Source of the DNA: an uncultured Opitutales bacterium
GTDB lineage: Bacteria; Verrucomicrobiota; Verrucomicrobiia; Opitutales; Intestinicryptomonadaceae
Assembly: GCA_934613415.1 (NCBI GenBank)
Contig: CAKTSY010000004.1
Span: 150,001-182,000, forward strand
Length of the DNA: 32,000 nt
Reading direction: 5' to 3'
The position numbers were made by a program, and so were the translations under genes. Shown piece after piece: positions 17,928-25,044 of this stretch. Under the pieces are notes generated by a model. That model saw only the letters and a list, made by a program, of their open reading frames with translations. It was not told where the DNA came from and did no database searches. Each line of letters opens with the position of its first letter. The stretch's first letter is position 1.

Positions 17928-18959
17928 TTATTTTTGTAAAGTTTTTAAGGTTTTTTCAGTTTGTTTAGATTTCATTTTTGCAACATATATTGCAAAGGTT
18001 TCGCGGCTGGATAATTTTTTAAATGTGTGGGTTTTGCCGCCTGCAAACACAACTTCCAAAAAGTCGCTTTTTTCAAGTATCTGCGAAATATCCGAAGCCA
18101 CAAGCTGCCTTATGTCTTTTTTGTTAAGCTGCAATATTGGCAAATCTAAAGTGTCTTTTAATTGGCTATATAAATATTTCGCATAATATTCGGTTAAACT
18201 AATCTTATAAACGCCGCCCGATTCTAGCACTTTAAAGCCATAAGACTTGGGAGTATCCAAACCGTTGTTAAACTTTTCTTTTTCGCGCAACAAGTTTTGG
18301 TTGTCGCTAAAAAATTTGTTTTCTACTTCAATAAAATCTGAATTTACGCGAAACTTTACGCTTTTTATAACCGCGCATTTTGCCCTTACGCTTAAGGATA
18401 TTGCACCCGCATTAAGTTTAAATGTATTTTCGTCTTTTGAATTTTTTAGCTTTTCCAAAAATTCCGTTTTTTTGCCGTTAAAAATTGCAGCATCTAATGT
18501 AGGTTGCACTCCAACTAGCCTAAATTCTCTAAACAACGGATCGCTGTCGAGCACCGTAATTTCGGAAAATAAATGCTTTGGCAAAAAAGCAGCGTTGCCC
18601 GAAAATGTCTGAAAAGGCATACCGTTGCAATAATTGGAATTTTTGCAAACTATGCCGTTTTTGCTATATAGGGTTTCTTTTCTAAACTGCGGGGTGTCTT
18701 TTTCGGTTACAACTTCGTAGATTAGCCTGTTTTTTATATCGATTTTTGTTTCGTAAACTTCAGTTATATTAGCGGTGCAAATAACGGTTTTAGATGTAAT
18801 AAAGGTAATGTTTTGCTTTTGCATTTCGGCAAAAAACGCATTGTTTTGCGCGGTAAACTGCGGTTGAATCAGTTTTAGCAATTCGCCCATATCTTGCGCC
18901 TTTAAAACGAAGGCAAAAAATAAGAACAAGAATATAAATAGATGTTTCTTTGTATTCAT
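17928..18959 (-). CDS. Hypothetical secreted protein (343 aa)
   Basis: ORF track. It has a signal peptide (MNTKKHLFIFLFLFFAFVLKAQD) and a strong SD (AAAAGGAG) upstream of the ATG at 18959. It lies 24 nt upstream of the 313-aa gene. Confidence 0.62.
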   Translation of the reverse strand: MNTKKHLFIFLFLFFAFVLKAQDMGELLKLIQPQFTAQNNAFFAEMQKQNITFITSKTVICTANITEVYETKIDIKNRLIYEVVTEKDTPQFRKETLYSKNGIVCKNSNYCNGMPFQTFSGNAAFLPKHLFSEITVLDSDPLFREFRLVGVQPTLDAAIFNGKKTEFLEKLKNSKDENTFKLNAGAISLSVRAKCAVIKSVKFRVNSDFIEVENKFFSDNQNLLREKEKFNNGLDTPKSYGFKVLESGGVYKISLTEYYAKYLYSQLKDTLDLPILQLNKKDIRQLVASDISQILEKSDFLEVVFAGGKTHTFKKLSSRETFAIYVAKMKSKQTEKTLKTLQK

Positions 18960-19156
18960 TTACACTCCTTTTTTATTTTATTGCCAAAAAACTTTTGCGT
19001 TTGCGCGCCCCTTAATTGCCTCAATAAGCGACCTTGTTATCAAAATCTAATTTCGAAAACTTTACTTTTTTTTCCGTTTGCCGAAAATTCTATTTCAACG
19101 CTTTGCTCTTTTGACAAAATCTTGTCTATATCGCTTTGTTTTTTAATTTTAAAGCC

Positions 19157-19960
19157 TCATTTAAAAGCTTTGCCTTTATCGTTGTCATAATCGTAGTTTT
19201 CTACATAAGTTGGCTCGGCATAGTCGGGAGAATTTTTGTCGAACACAAATTTAGTGCTAACGGTTATGGTAGAGCTTTTGTAGGCATAATTTAATTTTTC
19301 GATTAGCACGCCCAGTTTTTTTATCTGCAAAACGCCGTTCGACAAATTAAAGCTTTTTTCGCCATTTGTGTTATCTGCAACATATTTGGCAGCATCTAAA
19401 ACTTTCGACTTTAAAATTTCGTAGTCTAAAGCCGGCATTGCATTTGGCAAATTAGCAGTCTTTTGCCTCCTACCTATTTCGAATAAATTTGTGGGCAATG
19501 GTTGCAAAAGAGTATCGACATTCAAATACGCCCCAAGCAAAAAGCATAAATACACATCTGGATATGCCGTGCCTGTGTTTGGGCGCAACCTTATAAAGGC
19601 GTTTTTATCTTTCGTAATCCCAAAAAGCATGCTTTCGCCCTTCGCCAATATGCCGTATTTTTGCGAATATATGTATGTAACCAAATTCGGCTCCGGTTCG
19701 TTTCTTTTAATTCTAAGTTCTACGGTATTGTCTTTGCTCCAAACTAAAACTTCAACCTCGGTTTTTTGATTGTTAACATTTTGCGTTATTTGTGTTTTAG
19801 ACATAACAATGCCCTTTGCCTTATAGGAGGCAAAAAGCGCAGACGAAGCTTCGCCGTAGTCGACCAAGTTTAAGTTTTCCTGCAACTTAATGTTTTGCGC
19901 ATTCAAGCAAAATGCGGCACACAAAGCCGCCCATATAACAATTTTAGCCAAGCGTTTCAT
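19157..19960 (-). CDS. Hypothetical secreted protein (267 aa) ending at a rare TGA that is followed by 38 in-frame sense codons
   Basis: ORF track. It has a signal peptide (MKRLAKIVIWAALCAAFCLNAQN). See the finding on the in-frame extension 19043-19156. Confidence 0.6.
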   Translation of the reverse strand: MKRLAKIVIWAALCAAFCLNAQNIKLQENLNLVDYGEASSALFASYKAKGIVMSKTQITQNVNNQKTEVEVLVWSKDNTVELRIKRNEPEPNLVTYIYSQKYGILAKGESMLFGITKDKNAFIRLRPNTGTAYPDVYLCFLLGAYLNVDTLLQPLPTNLFEIGRRQKTANLPNAMPALDYEILKSKVLDAAKYVADNTNGEKSFNLSNGVLQIKKLGVLIEKLNYAYKSSTITVSTKFVFDKNSPDYAEPTYVENYDYDNDKGKAFK

Positions 19961-20158
19961 TTTTATCTATTATTAGAGTTATAAATATCTTGTATCTATA
20001 AGTATAAAATAGGCGTATTTATTTCATATGTCAATAAAATACCGCTTGCGTAAACATAGGCATTGTTTTGCCAAAACAAAATTTATTTTTTACAATCGAA
20101 TGAAAAAAATAAGGCAACCATTACCGCTTGCTACTTGCAAAACTACTATGCAGAATTT

Positions 20159-20243
20159 GGGGGCGGCGTCGGGAGAGCTGAACTTCTCGCCAAAAATGTA
20201 CGAGGCTTGTGTTTGTACATTTTTCGTTGCCCAACACCGCCCT
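20159..20243. other. GC-rich structured element (candidate ncRNA / cis-regulatory leader / MITE-like inverted repeat), strand undetermined
   Basis: Hand-checked pairings give three helices. The outer helix pairs 20161-20173 with 20230-20242 (11 of 13 Watson-Crick). One hairpin pairs GAGAG with TTCTC (20173-20188). A second hairpin has a perfect 10-bp stem, 20192-20201 with 20215-20224. The element is isolated inside an AT-rich 695-bp non-coding gap. Confidence 0.35.
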
Positions 20244-20655
20244 TAGCTAAATACTTACATATAATTATTATAATTCAAGAACATTTTTATATATTTTATA
20301 TATTGTTAACACACTTTTATTGAATCTATTAACACAATTTGCATTTGCAATATTTTCAAAACATTAAGCATATATTAATATTTGATTTTAAACTATTTAA
20401 GCCACACCATCTAGTTTGGTACAAAAACAAATATTTTAAATTTAACCGTTTTATTGCATAAAAATATAAAATTATCCAAACAACTTAAGCATAGCAAAGT
20501 AAAATATGCGCATAAAAAACCTTCAACAACCTTATTTACAAAAGGTTGCAAAAACCCTTTTAGCACAATCGTTTTACCTTAGCAAAAAAGTTTTATTAAA
20601 CTTTTTGCGCAAACATCGCGAACAACGTTTTTATGTCAGATAAATTTATACTGTG

Positions 20656-22002
20656 CTATCTGCGGGGGAAAAGCTTTAGGCGTATGCCGTCTTGGATAAG
20701 CAGGGAATCGTATAGCCCCGCTCTGTTAAAGTGCATTGCTATGCAATATGCAATAAAGTTGCCAACCATTAGGGGCAATATTAGCGAGTAGTTTAGCGTT
20801 AGCTCGAAAATTATTACAACCGACGTTATCGGACAGCGGATTATCGCCGCAAAGCACGCCCCCATGCCCAGCAATACGCCCGCCGACACAAGGTTTGCGC
20901 TATCGCCTAAAATGGGTGTAAACAAAACTCCCAAAACGCCGCCAAGCATACCGCCTATAACAAGCGTAGGCGAAAACAAACCGCCGCTACCGCCCATTGC
21001 GTAGTTTACTATTGTTGCCAAAAACTTAAAAAGGCATATAACCGCCATGCCCGACAGCAAAATTTCGCCGTTAAATGCGGGTATTAACGCCGAATAGCCA
21101 ACGCTAAAAACGGCGTTATAACCCGTTTTATAGTAGGCGTAGGTTGCAACAATGCCAACCGCCAAGCCGCCCAAAGTTGTAGTTGCCCAATACGGCAGCT
21201 TTTTTTGTCCGTTTGCAAAACCGCGCAATTTAAGCAAAAGTCTTAAAAACAAAACTCCCGCAAACCCCGAACAAACGGCAACTGCAACCGAAAACAGCAT
21301 CCATATTCCCGTATGGAAATCGGCCTCGGGCACGCCTATAACGGGGTGTTCGCCCACAATAAGACGCGAAACTGCCGCCGCCAAAACAACCGCCAACACC
21401 ATTCCTCCAAAGTGCCTGATTTTTGCGTTGCCCGTGTTAAGGAGTTCTTCGAACACAAAGCTTATAGACGAAAGCGGGGCGTTGAAACTTGCCGAAATGC
21501 CGCTTGCCATACCCACGGGCACGGCGTCTTTTACCCCGAATTTAGAAAAGCCCAGCTTTTGCGCCAAAACCGAGGCGAAGGCCGAACACAAGTGCACTGT
21601 TGGCCCTTCCCTGCCCGCGCTGTTGCCAAAGCCGCAAAAAATTGTGCCCATTAAAAACCTGCAAACAATTTCCTTAAACCTAAATACACCCCAGTTGTTG
21701 TAGAACCTTGCCTTTGTTTGCGGAATGCCGCTGCCTTCGGCATTGCCCTTTGCGAAGGTAGAAAGCGAAACGCCCACAACAAACGCGCCAAAGGCAGGCA
21801 ACAAAGGCATTAGCCACCAGCGGTTTTGCTCGCCCAAAATTGCGCCAAAACCCCAAACCAAATTAAACAGCCCGAAAATTGAAAGCTGAAATGCAACCGC
21901 CAATGCGCCGCCAAATATGCCAATTAGCGCGCACAAAAAAAGAAATCGGTTTTTATGCCAGCCAAAATATTTTAAAAATCTTAAAAAACTTTCGTGGTGC
22001 AT
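20656..22002 (-). CDS. clcA: ClC-family chloride channel / H+-Cl- antiporter (EriC/ClcA-like, no CBS domains)
   Basis: ORF track 448 aa. It is polytopic, with the three canonical selectivity-filter motifs: GSGIP (EGSGIPQTK), GREGP (AGREGPTVH, which carries the gating Glu) and GxFxP (GGLFSPTL). Confidence 0.88.
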   Translation of the reverse strand: MHHESFLRFLKYFGWHKNRFLFLCALIGIFGGALAVAFQLSIFGLFNLVWGFGAILGEQNRWWLMPLLPAFGAFVVGVSLSTFAKGNAEGSGIPQTKARFYNNWGVFRFKEIVCRFLMGTIFCGFGNSAGREGPTVHLCSAFASVLAQKLGFSKFGVKDAVPVGMASGISASFNAPLSSISFVFEELLNTGNAKIRHFGGMVLAVVLAAAVSRLIVGEHPVIGVPEADFHTGIWMLFSVAVAVCSGFAGVLFLRLLLKLRGFANGQKKLPYWATTTLGGLAVGIVATYAYYKTGYNAVFSVGYSALIPAFNGEILLSGMAVICLFKFLATIVNYAMGGSGGLFSPTLVIGGMLGGVLGVLFTPILGDSANLVSAGVLLGMGACFAAIIRCPITSVVIIFELTLNYSLILPLMVGNFIAYCIAMHFNRAGLYDSLLIQDGIRLKLFPRR

Positions 22003-22005
22003 ACG

Positions 22006-23517
22006 CTATTTTTTTGCGCCAACCGTACGCTGAAACTGCGCCGCCTGCTGGCGGTTGTAGCGTTTCGAAAGCAGCAATTCGCCCGAAGTGCCAAACTGCC
22101 TAAAAAGCCCCACTTTGGTATAGGAGGCCATAAGCCCCAAAAAGTCGCCGCCTTTGGTAAACACCAAGTCGCCGCTAGAGGGAGTAAAATTGCCCAATAT
22201 TGCCGAAAAAAGCCCAACATCGGCAGCCGCCAAATTTTGGTCTTTAACGTCTACATTATAGGGAAATTCGCCGTAGTAGAACTTTTTTGCGTCTATTACA
22301 ACCGCCTGCGAAAATTTAAATGGCTGCTTCGAAATATCGTAAACTTTTATTTTAGTTTTTTCTATAAAGCTTTTGGGTAGAGCCACAGCCATAACGCCCG
22401 AATGCGTCTTTACCCTAAAAATAGACGCTGCGCTAAATTTAAAACCGTTTGCCGAAACCGTAAGCGACATTGTTTCGGGGGGTATAAAGTCGTGCGAATT
22501 TGCGTCGAAAAGCGTGTTGGCAACCCCAATTAAAACCCAATTGTTGCCGTTTGCCGAAATTGCAACCGCCTTTGTGGTATCCGAATATTTTATTTCGCCA
22601 AACAGCCCTTTGCGCGTGTAGTCTAAAGTTAAAGAAACCGCATTTTTGCGCGCCTCTTCAAAAATTTCGCTTGCGGTAAATGGGCGAATGTCTTTTACGT
22701 CTTGCGCCAATTTTTCGTTTTGGGCGGCAAGCTCGCCCACGCCTTCGGCGAGTTTTTCGGCGTGCTGCTGAATGCGCTGTTTTTCCGACTTTTCGACCTG
22801 CACCATAGCCTCGGCCTTTTTAAGGTTTTGCTCGTATATTTGCGACTTTACCGAGGCAACCTCTAGCCTTGCCGACAGCGCGCGCTTTTCAAGCTCTATT
22901 GCCCTGTTTTCGTTCTTAAGGCGTTCGCTTTCGTCCTTTAATTTTTCCAGATGCGCCTTGTTGCTTTCAAGCTCGCCCTGCACAGATTCAAGCCTTGCCT
23001 TAAGGGTGCTGTCGCTTTTATGCAAATCGCTAAGCTGTGCCTGAAGCTGCTCTCTGTCTTGCGAAGTTTTTTTAAGCTTTTCCATAGCTCCCGAAATTTC
23101 GCTTTGCAAAGCCATATTTTTTTCGTCGCCAAGCTTAACTTTGGCTTCCAAGTCTTTGCTTTTTTTTACAATTTGCTCCATTTCGGTTTGCAACTCGCGC
23201 TTGCTTTTTTCCAAAGCCGCCAGCTCGGCCTCGCGCTGGGCAATAAGCTTTTTTTGGCGTTCGCTAAGCTCGGCGTTTTTTTCGGCCTTTTCCGAAAAGC
23301 TGCTAACTTGTTTAGAAAGCTCGCCCCTTTGCTCGCGCTCTTTATCCAAGCTCATTTTAAGCAGGTCTACCAGTTGCGAATCCACAAAATTTTGCTCGAG
23401 CGACTGCGCTGTTTGCTGCACATCGTCGGTTTTTGTTTCGGCGCCTTCAAAGCTTACCATGCTAAGCATACTAAGCAAAAGAAAGTCGCAAATTACAACC
23501 AATAAAGACCTGCTCAT
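22006..23517 (-). CDS. Membrane-anchored coiled-coil protein with a C-terminal beta-rich globular domain (function unknown)
   Basis: ORF track 503 aa. It has an N-terminal TM (LLVVICDFLLLSMLSMV) and about 250 aa of E/K/Q/L-rich heptad-like sequence (residues ~30-285). The C-terminal ~220 aa have a motif order resembling a degenerate chymotrypsin-fold domain. Confidence 0.7.
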   Translation of the reverse strand: MSRSLLVVICDFLLLSMLSMVSFEGAETKTDDVQQTAQSLEQNFVDSQLVDLLKMSLDKEREQRGELSKQVSSFSEKAEKNAELSERQKKLIAQREAELAALEKSKRELQTEMEQIVKKSKDLEAKVKLGDEKNMALQSEISGAMEKLKKTSQDREQLQAQLSDLHKSDSTLKARLESVQGELESNKAHLEKLKDESERLKNENRAIELEKRALSARLEVASVKSQIYEQNLKKAEAMVQVEKSEKQRIQQHAEKLAEGVGELAAQNEKLAQDVKDIRPFTASEIFEEARKNAVSLTLDYTRKGLFGEIKYSDTTKAVAISANGNNWVLIGVANTLFDANSHDFIPPETMSLTVSANGFKFSAASIFRVKTHSGVMAVALPKSFIEKTKIKVYDISKQPFKFSQAVVIDAKKFYYGEFPYNVDVKDQNLAAADVGLFSAILGNFTPSSGDLVFTKGGDFLGLMASYTKVGLFRQFGTSGELLLSKRYNRQQAAQFQRTVGAKK

Positions 23518-23527
23518 AACCTAAAAC

Positions 23528-24433
23528 CTACTGAAAATCGCCTATTTCGGCAACGGGTTTTACCTTGTATTCGCGGTTTATGCGCTTTGCCATACCAGTT
23601 AGCACTCCGCCGGGGCCGCATTCAAAGAACTGTTCTACGCCCATTTTTGCGGCGTTGTTCATACAGTCGTTCCAGCGAACCGTCATTACAACCTGTTTTA
23701 CCAAAGCCTGTTTTATTGCAACGGGGTCTGAAATTCTTTCGCCCGTAGTGTTTGTAAACACTGCAATTTTGGGAGTTTTAAACTCTATGTTTTCAAGATA
23801 CTTTTCGAAGCGCGCGCGCGCAGGCTCCATAAGCTTGCTATGGTAGGCCCCCGCAACTTTTAGGGGAACAGCCATTTTAAATGTCTTTTCGGCGGCAACT
23901 TTTGCCAAAAGCTCTTTAATTTTGTCGGCCGCCCCCGAAACTACAATTTGCCCGGGACAGTTTAGGTTTGAAATTTCAACGTCGAATTCTTGGCAGTATT
24001 GTTGGGCAAGCTCCAACGAGCCGCCTATTAACGCCGCCATTGCGCCTTTCGAAGCCTCGCAGGCCTCCTGCATAAGGCGACCGCGTTCGGCAACAATCTT
24101 TAAGCCCGTTTCAAAATCGTAGGTTTCGGCTAGGGCGTGGGCAGTAAGTTCGCCAAGCGACTGTCCCAAAGCGCAAAGCAATTCGCCAAGCATTCCCTTT
24201 TGTTTTAAAACTTCGGCGGCTGCAATGCCGTGCAAATACAGCGCCGGCTGGCATATGCTTGTTTTTGTAAGCTCTTCCATTGGGCCTTCAAAGCACAATT
24301 TAGAAATCTTAAATCCCAAGGCGTTGTCGGCCCTTTCAAAAAGCTCTTTTACGGCCGCGTTGTTTTCGTACAAGCTTTTTGCCATACCAACGCACTGCGC
24401 GCCCTGACCCGAAAATAATATACCTGTTTTCAT
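23528..24433 (-). CDS. fabD: Malonyl-CoA:ACP transacylase FabD
   Basis: ORF track 301 aa. It has FSGQGAQ (the Gln11 region), GQSLGE (nucleophile Ser92, with Q replacing the usual H91), ERGRLMQEA (the Arg117 region) and GAYHSKLMEPA (the catalytic His region). Confidence 0.9.
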   Translation of the reverse strand: MKTGILFSGQGAQCVGMAKSLYENNAAVKELFERADNALGFKISKLCFEGPMEELTKTSICQPALYLHGIAAAEVLKQKGMLGELLCALGQSLGELTAHALAETYDFETGLKIVAERGRLMQEACEASKGAMAALIGGSLELAQQYCQEFDVEISNLNCPGQIVVSGAADKIKELLAKVAAEKTFKMAVPLKVAGAYHSKLMEPARARFEKYLENIEFKTPKIAVFTNTTGERISDPVAIKQALVKQVVMTVRWNDCMNNAAKMGVEQFFECGPGGVLTGMAKRINREYKVKPVAEIGDFQ

Positions 24434-25033
24434 TTACATTCCTTTTATTTTAGAAATTTTCAAAATTACGTCTTTTGCCATATCGTTTACCAAAGAAGAC
24501 AATGCCGAAACGTAGCTTTCGTACGAATCGTTGCAGTTTGCCGAAGCGTCGAAAACGCCCGAAGACAAAACCGCGCCTTTTGCATCAAGCAAAGACCAGT
24601 TCGACTTTATTGCAACCTTGCCGCCCAATTTGCCGCCAAGCTCGAATATGGATATTTTTATGCTGTTTTGCGAATTTGGGAAGCTTTCGTACGAATATGC
24701 CGAAATTTTGCCGTTTTTAGAAAACGCCGCGCGCAAGTCGGAATATACCGTTCTTAGCACGCCGTCGCAAAGCGGCTCGCCCCAGCGGTTTTCGTCGGAA
24801 ATAATAAGCTCGCCGTTGTCGGCAAAACTTACAATTTGCGAGCGCATTGCATACGATGGCAGCGATATACCCAGCAAATGCGCCTTAAACGAAGCGTTTT
24901 GCTGTGCTATGTTTGCCGAGGGGGTAAGAACATAGAACTTTGTAGGGTCTTCCTTGGGTTCTAAAAGACCCGAAATGCAGCCGCTTAAAAACAAGGCTGC
25001 AACCGTTAAAAATGCCGTTGTAAATTTTTTCAT
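24434..25033 (-). CDS. ABC-type transport auxiliary lipoprotein (PqiC/YmbA-like, DUF330-type)
   Basis: ORF track 199 aa. It has a lipoprotein signal with lipobox LSGC (MKKFTTAFLTVAALFLSGC) and PTKFYVLTP near the N-terminus. It lies immediately downstream of an MCE-domain gene, as in pqi/mla-like loci. Confidence 0.6.
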   Translation of the reverse strand: MKKFTTAFLTVAALFLSGCISGLLEPKEDPTKFYVLTPSANIAQQNASFKAHLLGISLPSYAMRSQIVSFADNGELIISDENRWGEPLCDGVLRTVYSDLRAAFSKNGKISAYSYESFPNSQNSIKISIFELGGKLGGKVAIKSNWSLLDAKGAVLSSGVFDASANCNDSYESYVSALSSLVNDMAKDVILKISKIKGM

Positions 25034-25044
25034 ACCAATCTCCT

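Noticed and set aside
20159-20243. The GC-rich inverted repeat as an integron attC site (GCCCAAC matches RYYYAAC; GTTGGGC on the other strand matches GTTRRRY).
   Set aside because: The order and polarity of the core boxes are inverted relative to real attC sites (RYYYAAC...GTTRRRY on the same strand). One of the two boxes is imperfect on either strand. There is no integron integrase or cassette array nearby.
20028-20323. ORFs 20028..20246 (72 aa) and 20063..20323 (86 aa) covering the GC-rich element.
   Set aside because: There is no Shine-Dalgarno. The composition is odd (basic N-terminus, Cys-rich; the second runs into an I/Y/F-rich AT-tract translation). The region's main feature is nested inverted repeats, which fits RNA or DNA structure better than coding sequence.
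20398-20414. Possible degenerate attR: AAGCCACACCATCT resembles the tRNA-His 3' end (TAGCCACCCCATTT, 10228-10241). This would suggest a tRNA-integrated island spanning ~10.24-20.41 kb.
   Set aside because: Only an 11-of-12 core matches and similarity vanishes outside it. I estimate a few percent chance of such a match in 10 kb. No integrase or other mobility gene is present, and the catalase inside the region has core-like GC. I keep it only as a weak note.
20505-20532. dif-like sequence: ATGCGCATAA (20506-20515) matches 9 of 10 positions of the XerC arm of E. coli dif. A second TGCGCATA lies at 16900-16907.
   Set aside because: The sequence at the XerD-arm position (TTCAACAACCT) matches the conserved TTATGTTAAAT at only 4 of 11 positions. 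The 16.9-kb copy also lacks a XerD arm. ATGCGCA-type words are frequent throughout the window, including inside genes.
20656-22002. ClC gene as a fluoride-specific CLC-F exporter with an associated fluoride riboswitch.
   Set aside because: The selectivity motifs are the canonical chloride-type GSGIP / GREGP / GLFSP, not the divergent CLC-F versions. The gene starts 3 nt after the preceding ORF, so there is no leader. The structured element at 20159-20243 lies downstream of the gene and lacks crcB-motif signatures.
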